From Mobula hypostoma (taxonomy: Eukaryota), in the NCBI RefSeq assembly GCF_963921235.1, contig NC_086097.1:225620001-225684000 (forward strand): a stretch of 64,000 nucleotides of DNA, given 5' to 3'. Within the stretch, counting starts at the first letter, position 1; each line of letters opens with the position of its first letter. Shown piece by piece: positions 1 through 12,859 of this stretch. Made by a program: the position numbers and the translations under genes. Below the pieces are notes generated by a model, which worked only from the letters and a program-made list of their open reading frames with translations, made no database searches and was not told the DNA's origin.

Positions 1-429
1 CACATTTTGAGGAAGCAAGACTTGCGAAAAAAATCTTGTCAAATTTTGAGGAAGCAAGACTTGTGGAAAAAAAAATTGTTGTCCAGTGTAATAAATTTAC
101 TTCGAACTTTGAAGGTTAGATAAGTTTTGGCTGATTTAGTTACCCAATTCAGCTGGAATGGAATCTCAATACTCGTGATTTTTAGTCTTCCAGTGCATCT
201 GTTAATGATATATTTGTCACTGAACCATTAGTTCACAATAAGATGGAAATTGTTGTTATTGTGATAGTTGGTGCATTCATTCTAAAAGGTTTCAGGCTCA
301 GTTAAAGGTATTAGCTTCCAGGAGTGAGTTTGAATTGAACCTTGTTTTTATCACAGGGCTCTACTTTAATACTATAAGCTGCTTTTACATTTAATTAGGT
401 AGTCTCTTAGAATTCAAGATATCTTGTAT

Positions 430-790
430 CAACTCTGGGTTTGTTGATTCTGAGGTGATTATTAAAGATGATATGGGAAATATAACATCTACCAATGGAC
501 CAGGCGGGTATATAGTATGTGAAGCAAGTGTTACTTCTGTTTACACAGGTTGGTTCTAATGAATGGACTCTTCTCTTCCACCACTTTGAGCAGTCGTGCA
601 AGAGGAGTTCCCAATAGTCAGTGGGGATATTGCATTATTGCAAGGAGGTTATGAGTATACCCCTGAATCTTCTTTGGACACCTTATAATCTTTTCCTGTA
701 GCAGAACTCAGAATAAAGCAATTATTTAGGATCTGAGGTGAAAGAGATGAAGAATCAGATTATATGATGTTTCTTGCTCCCTCATGTCCA
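430..790 (-). mobile_element. Degenerate RTE-clade LINE 3' ORF remnant
   Basis: Minus-strand translation ...VQRRFRGILITSLQ*CNIPTDYWELLLHDCSKWWKR resembles the RTE C-terminal GGQRKRFKDxLKxSLKKCNIxxxxWExLAxDRxKWR segment. Confidence 0.55.
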
Positions 791-794
791 ACTG

Positions 795-1090
795 GTGTCT
801 AGGACCAGAGGGCACAGCCTCAGAATAAAAGGACATCCCTTTTAGAAAGAGCTGAAGAGAAATTTCAGCTTCAAATGGTGGTGAAATTGTAGAAATCATT
901 GCCACAGATGGTTGAGGAGGCCAAGTCACTGGGTATATTGAAAGCAGAGGCCGATTGTTTCTTGATTAATAATGGTGTCAAATGTTATGGAGAGAAGGTA
1001 GGAGAATGGGGTTGAGAGGGATACTTAGCCATGGTGGAATGGTGGAGAAGACTTGATGGGCTGAATGACCTAATTCTGCTCCTGTTTAGT
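795..1090 (+). mobile_element. CR1/HER1-like LINE 3' end
   Basis: SRTRGHSLRIK segment followed by the family 3' UTR GATGGGCTGAATGACCTAATTCTGCTCC seen in many other copies in this window. Confidence 0.85.
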
Positions 1091-2059
1091 TTATCATCTG
1101 AATTTCATCCTCACTGTCTGCATTCATCAATGGATGGCTGGCAATGGGTCTACATTTTAAAGGGCCAGGCAAAAAACTTCATGGTCAGGTAGTAGAGCTG
1201 CAAGCATTGGACTACTGATTCTACATATAACATAAAACAAGTGTGCTGCAACAAAACCTCAATGGGTATTTTATCCTGTGCTGATTCAAACAGCTTATTT
1301 GGAAGTGACGGCCTTTTATCCCTTGTTTCATCACCCACCTGAACATGGAACGGAGACATTGACCAACTGGCCAATGACATTTCCTGACACTGAAATGCAC
1401 GTCCAATAAACCTGCAAACTAGTGGTTCCCAATGAAAATCAGGCAGCATATGTCACAGCCCAATCCTTTCCACGAACAGTCCATCAATAATTAACTCAGA
1501 GAACTCTAGTGAGCTCTTCAACTTCACTTGGACTGACTTTAACACGTCAAGAAATGAATCCCTAATTCAATTAATAGCTACGGCATTTTTGAGCTTCATT
1601 AGTTGTACCTCATCGAAACATCTCTGATTCGGCATAAAATATGGTTTCATTAGAATAACCTCACTTTGCAGGTGTACGAGAGTTTTGGAAAACTGTTCAA
1701 CAATGAATCTGGCTGTTTATCACTGAAACCAATGCAATTACTCATGCATGTCATAATATTTTGATTAGATTGGCATATAACAAGTAGCAAGATATACTGA
1801 GGAGCTGACATTTCAAGGCACTGAAGAAGCTTAGAAATCCTTTATGGAATTCCAGATGAAGTCCAAAGAAACTCTATGTCACTGATTTCCGTGCATTAGC
1901 TAATTGGTGATGGGGAAGACTGATGAAATTACAGGAGCAGGAGGTATATATTTCACTCCGTTTAAAACAATTGGATGTTATTAATGTAGAACCATGCTTT
2001 CAAGTATAAACAATTATTTTTCTCTAATTTTCCTTTACCTATTTCAGTTGCTTTCAATT

Positions 2060-2215
2060 ATAGATTCATAGAGCACTACAGCACAGATAAAGGCCCCAAA
2101 AGTCTGTGCTGAACAGTTATTCTGCCTAGTTCGATCAACCCACACCTGGACTATAACCCTCCATATCCCTCCCATCCATATACCTATCCAAACTTCTTTT
2201 AACTGCTGGAATCAA
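2060..2215 (-). mobile_element. CR1/HER1-like LINE 3' tail fragment
   Basis: ATAGAGCACTACAGCACAGA...GGCCC matches the 3' tails at 49435-49640 and 56813-56880. Confidence 0.65.
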
Positions 2216-2892
2216 GAAAGTTGCAATCCTGCACACACACAGGGCATCCTAGAGAACATGCAATAGAGGAGATGTTTCATTTCATGAGACTCTGGTCATA
2301 TTCAGCTTCTCACCAGAGATTGTCGATATGTCTGCAGGGCTGAATACCACGGATGACCAGCTGACAGCTCCAGGTAGAACTGCTATTGCCTGGACACATC
2401 AGCGCCCCTTTCTTCTGCATCTGCGCACAGCAGCCGGGATGTATGCAAAGTGCTACAAGTCAGATGAAGGTGCACCTAACCTCCTGCTGCCAAGCTGCAG
2501 TCAGTCCTGAGTTGCAGGTGTTCGTGTTTATGGTTCCACAGTATTCCACCAGTTGTGGTTGATATAAGAATAGTCTCAAATTTCCAGACATTGACTTAAA
2601 GATGTTTGCAATTCCACATTGACTTTCCAACGTATGCCTCTTACTTCATTGTATACCCTATCCTCGTTATATGTGTCTTCAGACAATGCGGATTCACAGT
2701 TATGCGTCAAACCTATTTCTACCAACTGCTCCATATATGCGTCCAAAACTCACAGTTATGCCAGGCTGTTGGGGCAAGAAGCACCGCTTTCCCACCAATA
2801 CAAGTCACGTGCGCATGCCTCAGAGTCTCACTGCCGCCAGTCTTACATTGGTTTTGGCAATGTGGATGTGCAATCTTGCGCACTTAAACTTT

Positions 2893-4253
2893 GTTTACTA
2901 TAAGCCTATGGACTCTCACAGCTACCTGGACTATTCCTCTTCCCACCCTGTCTCTTGCAAAAATGCCATCCTCTTCTCACAATTCCTCCGTCTCTGCCGC
3001 ATCTGCTCTCAGGATGAGGCTTTTCATTCCAGGGCGAAGGAGATGTCCTCCTTTTTTAAAGAAAGGGGCTTCCCTTCCTCCACCATCAACTCTGCTCTCA
3101 AACGCATCTCTCCCATTTAACGCACATCTGCTTTCACCCCGTCCTCCCGCCTCCCCACTAGGAATAGGGTTCCCCTGGTTCTCACCTACCACCCCACCAG
3201 CCTCCGGGTCCAACATATTATTCTCCGTAACTTCCGCCACCTCCAATGGGATCCCACCACTAAGCACATCTTTCCCTCCCCCTCACTGCTTTCCACAGGG
3301 ATCTCTCCCTATGCGACTCCCTTGGCCATTCCTCCCCCCCCCATCCCTCCCCACTGATCCCCCTCCCGGCACTTATCCTTGTAAGCGGAACAAGTGCTAC
3401 ACATGCCCTTACACTTCCTCCCTTACCACCATTCAGGGCCCCAGACAGTCCTTCCAGGTGAGGCGACACTTCACCTGTGAGTCGGCTGGGGTGATATACT
3501 GCGTCCGGTGCTCCCGATGTGGCCTTCTATATATTGGCGAGACCTGACGCAGGCTGGGAGACCGTATCGCTGAACACTTACACTCTGTCCGCCAGAGAAA
3601 GCGGGACCTCCCAGTGATCACACATTTCAATTCCACGTTCCATTCCCATTCTGATATGTCTATCCACAGCCTCCTCTACTGTCAAGATGGAGCCACACTC
3701 AAGTTGGAGGAACATCACCTTATATTCCATCTGGGTAGCCTCCAACCGGATGGCACGAACATTGACTTCTCTAACTTCCGTTAATGCCCCACCTCCTCTT
3801 TGTACCTCATCCTTTCTTTCTTTCTTTCTTTATTTATTTATTATTTCCTTCCCCCCTTTTTTCTCTCTTTTTTCTCCCTCTGTCTCTCTCACTATAACTC
3901 CTTGCCCATCCTTTGGGTTTCCCCCCCCTCCCCTTTTCTTTCTCCGTAGGCCTCCCATCCCATGATCCTCTCCCTTCTCCAGACTCGTATCCCTTTTGCC
4001 AATCAACTTTCCAGCTCTTGGCGCCATCCCTCCCCTTCATGTCTTCTTCTATCATTTCGGATCTCCCCCTCCCCCTCCCACTTTCATATCTCTTACTATC
4101 TCTTCTTTCAGTTAGTCCTGATAAAAGGTCTCAGCCCGAAACATTGACTGTACCTCTTCCAATAGATGCTGTCTGGCCTGCTGCATTCCACCAGCATTTT
4201 TTGTGTGTGTTGCTTGAATTTCCAGCATCTGCAGATTTCCTCGTGTTTGCACT
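2893..4253 (+). mobile_element. Penelope-like element (5'-truncated: RT thumb, GIY-YIG endonuclease, 3' pseudo-LTR)
   Basis: YKPMDSHSYLDYSSSHP...SQFLRLCRICS; CKRNKCYTC...VIYCVRCSRCGLLYIGET*RRLGDRIAEH; 10-bp TSD CTTAAACTTT at 2883-2892 and 4254-4263. Confidence 0.93.
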
Positions 4254-4339
4254 CTTAAACTTTTGTTGTTATTACCTATGGTGCACTGATTTTGTGCTTG
4301 AAATATTTAACTATTCCTCCTAAGCATCCTATGTCGTCC

Positions 4340-5400
4340 TGGGCCATCAGCCAAGTGGCAGAGAACCGCTTTAACACTTGAAAAAAAGTTGGAAATTATA
4401 AACAGGGTGGCGTCAGGTGAAGGTAACACAGCTCTGGGATGCTACTTCAGCCTGGGTGAGTCCACAATTAGAAACATAAAGAAAAATGCTGAGAAAATTA
4501 AAAGTGCAGTGATTGATTCATCACAAGTGTCTTCAAAGATTGCTACCAAAGTGCCTAACCCGATTATGACAAAAATGGAGAAGATGTTGAGTTTGTACAT
4601 TGAGCATGAAACAAAGCAAAAAACAACACTCAGTTCCGATCATCTTTGTGTGAAAGCTTTGGAAATTTATGGTCGCCTTTGTTCAGAGGAAGTGTCAAGT
4701 GATATTGTTAACTTTAATGCAAGTAGGGGATGGTTTTCTAAGTTTGTTAATCATCACAGGCTTCACAATTTAGCTGTGTGTGGTGAGCAAGGTAGTGCTG
4801 ACCACAAAGCTGCTGAACGCTACCCTTTGCAGTTGTGGGCTATGATAGCTGAGTTAGGCATCACACCAAAGCAGGTGTGACGCAGACGAGACCAGGCTTT
4901 TTTGGAAGCGTATGCCGAAACGCACTTACATAAGTAAGGATGAAAAGACTGCGTCAGGTTTCAAGGTAACAAAGCATAGATTGACTCTGCTTATGTGTTC
5001 CAATGTCGAAGGAGACCGTAAGATGAAGCCTCTCTTAGTTTACCATTCACTAAATCCCTGTGCTCTTGAGATTGCTGACGTGGTAGAACTCCTGGATTCT
5101 CATGATGAAGAAATAAGTGTGGATGACCTTCTGCATTTAACTCAGACTGAAGATGATAACAACGATGAAGAAGAAAGTGTCGATTTGCAGGCGAAGGATT
5201 TTACGGTGAAGCAACTGGCAGAATTTTTTAAGACTGCAGAACAATTGGCATAAATGGCGATGGACATGGACCCAAGTTTAGAATGGAGTCAGCATCTCAG
5301 TCATTTCCTGCAGTCAATCCTTCTTCCCTACAAGCAAATTTATGCTGAGAAACAAAATGCTGCCGAGCAAATAACCCTCACCACTTCAAACCGGTGTAAT
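4340..5400 (+). pseudogene. Tigger/pogo transposase pseudogene (CENP-B-type HTH plus partial DDE domain)
   Basis: LTLEKKLEII, LGESTIRNIKKN, FNASRGWFSKF, ADETRLFWKRMP, RLTLLMCSN, KPLLVYHSLNPCAL; frameshift/stop near 4880 and an internal deletion near 5067. Confidence 0.9.
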
Positions 5401-5977
5401 CTCCTGCTGCCGGCCGTTTTGAGAGTTCTATGAGTCTTCCTTCACCCCTTGCTGTCCTTGATGATCCTGACGACCCACAACCATCCACCTCATCCGTGTA
5501 AAGCTGCCCAACACCACTGCGCAACCACTCATCTCCCGGAGCCAACATACCTGCCACTGTTGGCGAGTACTGTACACCTTTGTATGTTAACTTTCTATGA
5601 TTTATTACGTTAAATATTACCTTAAGTTGATTAAATATAATACCAATGTTGCCTTGTAGTACTGCTTTTGTGTCGTATTGGTATGAAAATGTGAATAAAT
5701 TACAGATAAAACATACTTAGGAAGCCCTCCAGAACGCATCACTATTTTCTCCATTTAAATAATTATTCACATTATACGTTATCCATACTATGCGTTGACT
5801 GCGAGGAACGTATCCCCCCCCCCCCGCTATAATGAGGATAGGGTGTATGATTATTTTTTGCTATGGCAATTGACATAGGAATACACAATGCATCTTGCTC
5901 AGCTTTTACATTTATGAAATTTTGCATAGTAATAGTTTTCCAGAAATACAACCCTTTTTGCAAACAAAGAAACATCT

Positions 5978-6245
5978 TTATGGTAGCATTGTAACACAAA
6001 CCTATGAAAACTCGGGGCGTCAGAGTTCGGAGTTCAGTTCTGGTACCATTTGTAAGGAATTTGTGCATTCTCCTCATGACCATGTTGGTTTCCTCCGAGC
6101 ACATTCCAAACACCTGTTAGTACTGGTTAGTAGGTTAATTGGTCATTGTAAATTGTCTTGTGATTAGGCTAGAGTTAGATAAGTGGGTTGCTGGGTGGTG
6201 CAGCTCATTGGGACAAAAAGGCCTGTTGCTCACTGTATCTCTAAT
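5978..6245 (+). mobile_element. tRNA-derived SINE (HE1/V-SINE-like)
   Basis: GGTTTCCTCCG core, GGTTAATTGGTCATTGTAAATTGTC block and CR1-like 3' tail GGCCTGTT...CTGTATCTCTAA; homologous to 12205-12492 and 22765-23008. Confidence 0.75.
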
Positions 6246-7375
6246 GGGGGTCCCACCATTTATTTCTTTAAATAAGGTTGTAAGCTTTAATTATGAAGCC
6301 AGGTGCTTTGGGTTATTTTCTTTCTCTATTTTAATTGATGTTAATGTTTTCAATTGGTTTGATAATTTAAATATTTTGAAATGAATTTATTTTTCATTTT
6401 TTAAAATGATCTTCAATTTTTAATTACTTAAACATAATTCAAATGCTTCTCCATGGAAAAGATTTTTGTTATTCTGAGTTGTTAGAAGACCATCGGTAAA
6501 GTCTAGCAACAGGATCCCAGGTTCTGCTGTCTAAGGTCTGATCATTGCTTATGGACTGTTCTGCTCTGTGGCTGTTTCTCATTGTAGACAAAGCAGTACT
6601 TCATAATATTTTCATCAATGCATCTAATCTGCTATGTATGGCAACCACAGATGTGAAGTCTGTTTATGGGCATCATCTTCATGTCTATTAAAAGCAGCTG
6701 ATAACTCTGTAGTGACATCCCCCTGCACACTGAGGACACAGTTGATTTCCTGGTGGCATATTACTCTTCCTGAATAGCTTGGAGCTCTAGCCATCTGAAG
6801 AAGGATAGGACTGCACTGAAGTAGAAAGACTTTGGGTGGCATCCATTTGTTTCTCCATGGCAGCTGGTATCTGAACTAGTAGGATTGGAAATTTTACCAA
6901 ACCCTTTCCAAGGAGTACTTGACATTCCCAGAATGATCCCTTGGCTCCACATGTCCTCCTCTGGAAACACAAAGGTAAACTCTTCCCTGCCGCTTGTTAT
7001 CTCCTGCTTTACACTAAGAAGGCTTACAATATACCAACCATAACAGTGTTCAACTGTATTGCTCTTATAAAATAAGTAGCTCACTTGTAGTCTTCATCAA
7101 AGTCAACCAGAGGAGTACAGACATGTAGACCTCCTCCACTCCCACTCCCAACAGCAGTGTCTGTTTGCTTTGTGCCAGACTACAACATAATAGACCCCAA
7201 TCCATTCCCCTGTGATATATATTCCTAGAATCCACCTGCTTGTTCATTCTGGAAACAATTTAAATATCATCATTTTATCATCATCATCATTCTCCTCCTG
7301 TTGTTCTTTCACTTTATCACCATTCTCCTTCTGCTCTCAATCCTGGCCTTCTAATGCTGGGTACTCACTCCGTAT

Positions 7376-7495
7376 ACATACACAAGCTGGAGGAACTCAG
7401 CAGGTCAGACAACATAAGGAGAGGAATAAACACTTGACGTTTCAGGCTGAGACGCTTCATCTGAACTGGAAAGGAAAAGGGAAGAAGCTGAAATG
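7376..7495 (-). mobile_element. PLE terminal (pseudo-LTR) fragment with degenerate hammerhead motif
   Basis: GCTGGAGGAACTCAGCAGGTCAG...GACGTTTCAGG..TTCATCTG is the reverse complement of the PLE terminus at 4110-4215. Confidence 0.8.
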
Positions 7496-7654
7496 AAAAG
7501 CTACACAATAATGAAGATGCACACATCAAGTAATTTCAAAGATTTTGCTGTAGTCACAATGAAATATTGTTGGTGAGTATTCCTATCAGCTTTTATTTCG
7601 CCTGTACCTGATAGTCAGTTTGTGCATGAGTAGGAGGATCATTTCCACCAACGT

Positions 7655-9610
7655 TAAGACCGTGAGATATAGGAGCAGAATTAGGCCATTTGGCCCATCA
7701 GGTCTGCTCCACCATTTCATCATGGTTGATCTATTTTCCCTCTTGGCCCCAATCTCCTGTCTTCTCTCTGTAGCCCATCATGCCCTGACCAATCAAGAAT
7801 CCATCAACCTCTGATTAAATATACGTAAAGGTGAGGCCTCCACTGTTGCCTGTGGCAAAGAATTCCACAGATTCACCACTCTCTGGCTATAGGAATTCCT
7901 CCTTATCTCTGTTCCAGAAGAATGGCTCTCAATTCCGAGGCTGGTTCCTCTGGCCTTGGACTCTTCTCCCCATAGGAACCAACCTCTCCACATCCTCTCT
8001 ATTGAAGCTAGAGAGGTTTCAATTATGTCACCCCTTATACTTCTGAATTCCAGTGAATATAGGCCCAGAGCCTGTATTCGTATGACAAGCCGTTCAATCC
8101 TGTAATCATTTTCGTGAACTTTCTTTGAATCCTCTCCAGTTTCAGCATATCCTTTCTAAGGTAAGGGACCAAAAATTGCTCAATACTCCAACTGAGGTCT
8201 CACGACTGCTTTATAAAGCCTCAACATTACATCTTTGCTTTTGTATTCTAGTCCTCTTGAAATGAATGCTAACATTGCATTTGCCTACCTCACCATAGAG
8301 TCAACCTGCATAAGGACTCCCAGGTCCCTTTGTACCTCAGATTTTTTAATTTTCTCTCCATTTAGAAAATTATCTACTGTTTTATTACCTTTACCAAAGT
8401 GCATGACCATACACTTCCTGACACCATGTTCCATCTTTCACTTCTTTGCCCATACCCATAATCTAAGTCTTCTGTAGCACCTCTACTTCCTCAAAACTAC
8501 CTACTCTTCCACCTATCTTTGTATCATCTGCAAACTTTGCAACAAAGCCATCAATTTCATCATCTAAGTCATTGACATATAACATAAAAAGAAGTAGTCC
8601 CAACACAGACCCCTGTGGATTACCACTAGTTTCTAGCAGCCAACCAAAAAAGGCTTCCTTTATTCCCACTCTTCGCTTCCTGCCAATCATCCACTGCTTT
8701 ATCCATGCTAGTAGCTTTCCTGTAATACCGTGGGCTCTTAACTTGTTGAGCTGCCTCATTTGTGGCACCTTGTCAAAGGCCTTCTAAAAATCCAAGTACA
8801 CAGCATCCATCGATTATCCTTTGTCAATCCTGTTTGTTATTTCTTCACAGAATTGCAACAGATTTGTTGGGCATGATATTCCCTTGAGGAAACCATGCAG
8901 AAAATGGCTTATTTTATCATGTGCCTCCGGAGACCCTGAAACCACAACCTTAGCAATCGACTCCAACATCTTGCAACCACTGAGGTCAGACTAACTGGTC
9001 TATAACTTCCTTTCTTCTGCCTTTCTCCCTTCTTGAAGAGTGGAGTGGAATTTCCCATTTTTCTAGCGCCATTTCAGAATCTAGTGATTCTTGAAAGACC
9101 ATCACTAATGCCTCCACAATCTCTTCTGCCACCTCTTTCAGAGTTCTGGGGTGTACACCATCTGGTCCACGTGACTTATCTACCTCCAGAACTTTCAGTT
9201 TTCCGATAACCTTTTCCTTAGTAATGGCAACGTCACACACCTCTGGGCCCTGACACTTTCAAACTTCCAGCATTCTGCTAGTGCCTTCTAAGTGAAGACT
9301 GATGCAAAATATTTATTCAGTTTTTCCATGTTTCCTTAACCCCATTACAACCTTTCCATATATTTTCTAGCAACCCGATATCCACTCTTGCCTCTTTTCA
9401 GGCCTCACTTAATGCAACTGAAGAAACTTTATGCATCGTCTTTACTATTATTGGCTGACTTACTTTCCTATTTCATCTTTTCCTTCTTTATGCCTTCTGT
9501 TGATTTTGACTTGTTGGCCACGGTTGTGTCATCTTGCATTTAGAATTCTTCTTCTTTGGCATGTATTTATCCTGTGCCTTCTGAATTGCTTCCAGAAATT
9601 CTAGCCATTG
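7655..9610 (-). mobile_element. CR1-like LINE (ORF2 RT region to 3' end), decayed
   Basis: GPDGVHPRTLKE, PQGSVLGLLLF, KFADDTK and SQRVVNLWNSLP motifs on the minus strand. Confidence 0.92.
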
Positions 9611-10199
9611 GGATGAGGGTGAAAGCAATGTAGGAAAGGGTGGGATGTGTGGATGGAACAGCAGTTTGCGTGATCTGTTAGACTGGTATGTTAGAATGAA
9701 AAGAAGTTTTGTTAGTCATGTACATTTCTCCTTGACAAGTCTTGTGAAGATGTGTCTTTTTTTAATATAACATGGCTTCATTGTCGGGAATGGGCATAGT
9801 GACAATGTAAGCCTGCACCTGCTAAGCTCTTCATACAATGGATCCCCCTTGTCTACTGATCGCCTGCCACCCAGATGCGCCCTCGTGGCACGTGTCTATA
9901 TTGTAAGCACTTTGATGTCTCATGATGGTGCTCTTTCTCCCCTTAAATCATAGCAGTCATAATGTGCAACTGCTGTTATTGGGGGTTTGCCTATAATGCC
10001 AACTTCCGCTGCCTCATGACAATCTGTTAGCAGCTGCCCAAGTCATGATACGGCTTCATTGAAAACTACCAAAGTTGTATTTTAAAGCTTCTTTGAGGTG
10101 TGAACTATTATACATTTGCTTTTGACCAAATTTTCTTTTTTTTTGAGGTGAACCAGTTTGGTGCTGCTGTGGAAAGCATGAAAACAAGAGAAATCCAAT

Positions 10200-11570
10200 T
10201 TAGAACATAAGAACATAAGAAATAGGAGCAGGAGTAGGCCATTCGGCCTATTGAGCCTGCCTCGCCATTCATTAAGATCATGGCTGATCTGTCCGTAAAC
10301 TCAGCTCCATCTACCTGCCTTTTCCCCATAACCCTTAATTCCACTACTACATAAAAACCTATCTAACTGTGTCTTAAATGTAAGGGGGTTTCATCTTTTA
10401 TGTTACTACGTAGGCTAATTAAAATGGCTTCTTTGTTATGTTATACTTGGGAATGCTTCTTTGTTATGTTAAGTGCTGAGGAAGTTCTTGCGCTAGCAGC
10501 TTGTTTTGGTTTAGGCTGTGATAAGAAGATATTAGAACCAATTGGGATAGTTGTTATGTTTTTGGTGTATCTGAAGATATTGTATGCGCGGGGTTTTGGG
10601 CAGAAGGCGGGAGAGAGAGACAGAGGATGGACCAGGTGCTGTGAGTCCACTAACGGGGTCGGACCCTGAGCAGGGCGTTCAGCGAGGAGGGGAGACAAAG
10701 ATGGACTCGTGTGGAGCGTCTGGTCAACCACTGTTGTTGGTCCCAGGCGGCCGGTCGAGGAGGTCCGCAGGGTCACAGGGTGAAGAAGAAGGGTCCTGAG
10801 CTCCAACTGTTTGTGCACGAAGAGATTGAACTTTGATAAGTGTGGCACCTTTTATTTTCCTTTTATATTTTATTCTCTATTAATTAAATAGTTCCAGTAA
10901 TATCTATAAACTGTAAATCATTTAATCGTATCTGGTGTATTCTCTGTTATTTGGGCGGGTTGGGGTACATCACACAGCATCCACACAAACTTATTACCTA
11001 GTTTGGTGGGGCCGAGGCTGTTTCCCTGGACAACAACGAGCCAAGCGACCCTAAGGCTGGCTAAGGGGGTTACATAAATATATTAAATGAAGAAGCCTCA
11101 ATTGCTTCCCTGAGCAGAGAATTCCACAGATTCACCACTCTCTAGGAAAAACAATTTCTCCTCATCTCTGTCCTAAATTTTCTGCCCTGAATCTTGAGGC
11201 AATGTCCCCTAGTTCTAGTCTCACCTACTAATGGAAACAACTTTCCTACTTCTATCTTATCTATCTTTCAAAATTTTGTATGTTTCTTTCAGATCCCCTC
11301 TCATTCTTCTGAACTCCAGAGAGTATAGTCCCAAGAGACTCAATCTCTCCTCATAGGTTAACCCCTTCATTCCTGGAATCAACCTGGTGAACCTCCTCTG
11401 CACCACCTCCAAAGCCAGTATATCCTTCCTCAAGTATGGAGACCAGAAATGAACACAGTACTCCAGGTACGGCCTCACCAGTACCCTGTATGGTTGCAGC
11501 ATGACATCCCTGCTCTTAAATTCAATCCCTCTAGCAATGAAGGCCAACATTTCGTTTGCCTTCTTAATAG
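10200..11570 (-). mobile_element. CR1-like LINE 3' part, split by a solo LTR
   Basis: LVRPYLEYCVHFWSPYLRKD...RRMRGDL; (TTCTTATG)n-type 3' tail at 10202-10220. Confidence 0.92.
10379..11074 (+). mobile_element. Solo LTR (Gypsy-type)
   Basis: TGTAA...TTACA termini and 4-bp TSD TAAA (10375-10378 and 11075-11078); orientation inferred. Confidence 0.85.
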
Positions 11571-11589
11571 TAACCTGTTGTCATTTCTT

Positions 11590-12050
11590 AGCAGCAGTAA
11601 GAAGAGAACATGGCCTAGTTGGTGAGGGTCCTTGATGATGGATGCTTCTTTTCTTTGTTGCAGGGCTTGTTCTTGTGCTCAGTGATAAGGAGGGGTTTTC
11701 CTGTGACAGACCGGCCTGTATCCACCACTTTTTGTAGGCATTCCACTCTTGGGCATTGGCGCTTCCAACTCAGGCTGTGACACAACCAGTCAGAATGCTT
11801 TCCACTGTGCATCTACCGAAGTTTGTCGAAGTTTTAGATGGCATGCCAAATCTGCGCAAACTTCTAAGGAAGTAGAGACGTTGCCATGCCTTCTTTGTAA
11901 TGGCACTTAGGTGCTGGTCTCAGGACAGATCCTCACAAATGGTAACACCAAGGAATTTAAAGTTACAGATCCTCACCACCTCTGCTCCCCTAATGAGGAC
12001 TGGCTCATAGACCTTCAGTTTCTTACTCCTGTAGTCAATAATTAGCTGTC
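11590..12050 (-). mobile_element. Rex1/Babar-clade LINE fragment
   Basis: FKFLGVTICEDLS*...AITKKAWQRLYFLRSLRRF...TVESILTGC. Confidence 0.85.
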
Positions 12051-12204
12051 TGGAAACAAGTCTACACAAAATCCTAAGGCTGAATGGATGCCTTTTGTCC
12101 CGCATGATTCCTTGGTTCCTTGACGAGGCCCCTCCAGATTCCCCATTGGACAATGGGTACACCCCTGCCATCAACCTGTCCGGATCGCTTCCACGAGGGT
12201 TTAT

Positions 12205-12492
12205 TTTATTCATTCCGTGTTATCCCGCAGAGTAGGCCCTTCTGGGTCTGTACCCCATACTGCCCCAGCCACCCTCGATGACCCCGATTAACCCCAGCCT
12301 ACCCACGGCACAATTAATGGCGGCCAATTCCCCCAGCGGGTCGCCTTTGCGCTGCGGGAGGGAACTGGAGCTCCTGAGGGAAACCCACCGATTTCACCAG
12401 GACGACGCACAGGCCCTGTACGCGCAGCGCTGGATCTGAACACTGAACTCCGACATTCGCAGCTGTGATACCGCTGTGTTACCACGGCACCC
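12205..12492 (-). mobile_element. HE1/V-SINE-like SINE, unusually GC-rich copy
   Basis: Minus-strand GGTTTCCCTCAGGAGCTCCAGTTCCCTCCCGCA core and GAAGGGCCT 3' tail are collinear with the other SINE copies. Confidence 0.7.
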
Positions 12493-12619
12493 CACTTATC
12501 CGCCCTTCGGTCCCGGGAGGCCCAGACTGTGTCCCACCAACATCCTCAGCAGGTCCGTCACAGTGCAGCCCACCTGGAAATCAACCCACCCCTCTGACAA
12601 CCCTCTCCCCCCCCCGCCC

Positions 12620-12845
12620 CGCCTTCACCATTCCCCATTCCCTTTTCCCTCTTTCACCTCACCTGCCTCAGGTGATCCTACTCCTTCCCATTCTCCCATG
12701 GTCTTCTAACCTCTGTCAGATTCCCCTTTCTCCAGCCCTTTATGTCTTTCATCAAACAACTTCCCAGTTCTTTACTTCACCTCCACCCCCTCTCCCGATT
12801 TCACTTATCACCCGCCAGCTTGTACTTCTTCCTCCACTCCACATG
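12620..12845 (+). mobile_element. PLE 3' pyrimidine-rich region fragment
   Basis: TCAGATTC...CTCCAGCCCTT and CTTCCCAG blocks are similar to PLE tails at 3960-4030 and 29400-29460. Confidence 0.55.
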
Positions 12846-12859
12846 CGTCACCTCTTTCA

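Larger units (their letters stand above)
2654..5845 (+). mobile_element. Tigger/pogo (Tc1-mariner superfamily) DNA transposon, internally deleted and interrupted by a PLE
   Basis: Left TIR TA|TACCCTATCCTCGTTATA (2652-2671) matches right TIR rc TA|CACCCTATCCTCATTATA (ending 5845, TA at 5846-47); pogo transposase remnants inside. Confidence 0.9.

Noticed and set aside
2606..2885. Apparent RTE-like peptide on the minus strand and several short plus-strand ORFs
   Set aside because: The segment starts with the Tigger left TIR and is the transposon's non-coding 5' region; the similarity is superficial.
6480..7210. Overlapping minus-strand ORFs of 60-107 aa
   Set aside because: No recognisable motif or consistent splice structure; possibly ancient TE debris but not assignable.
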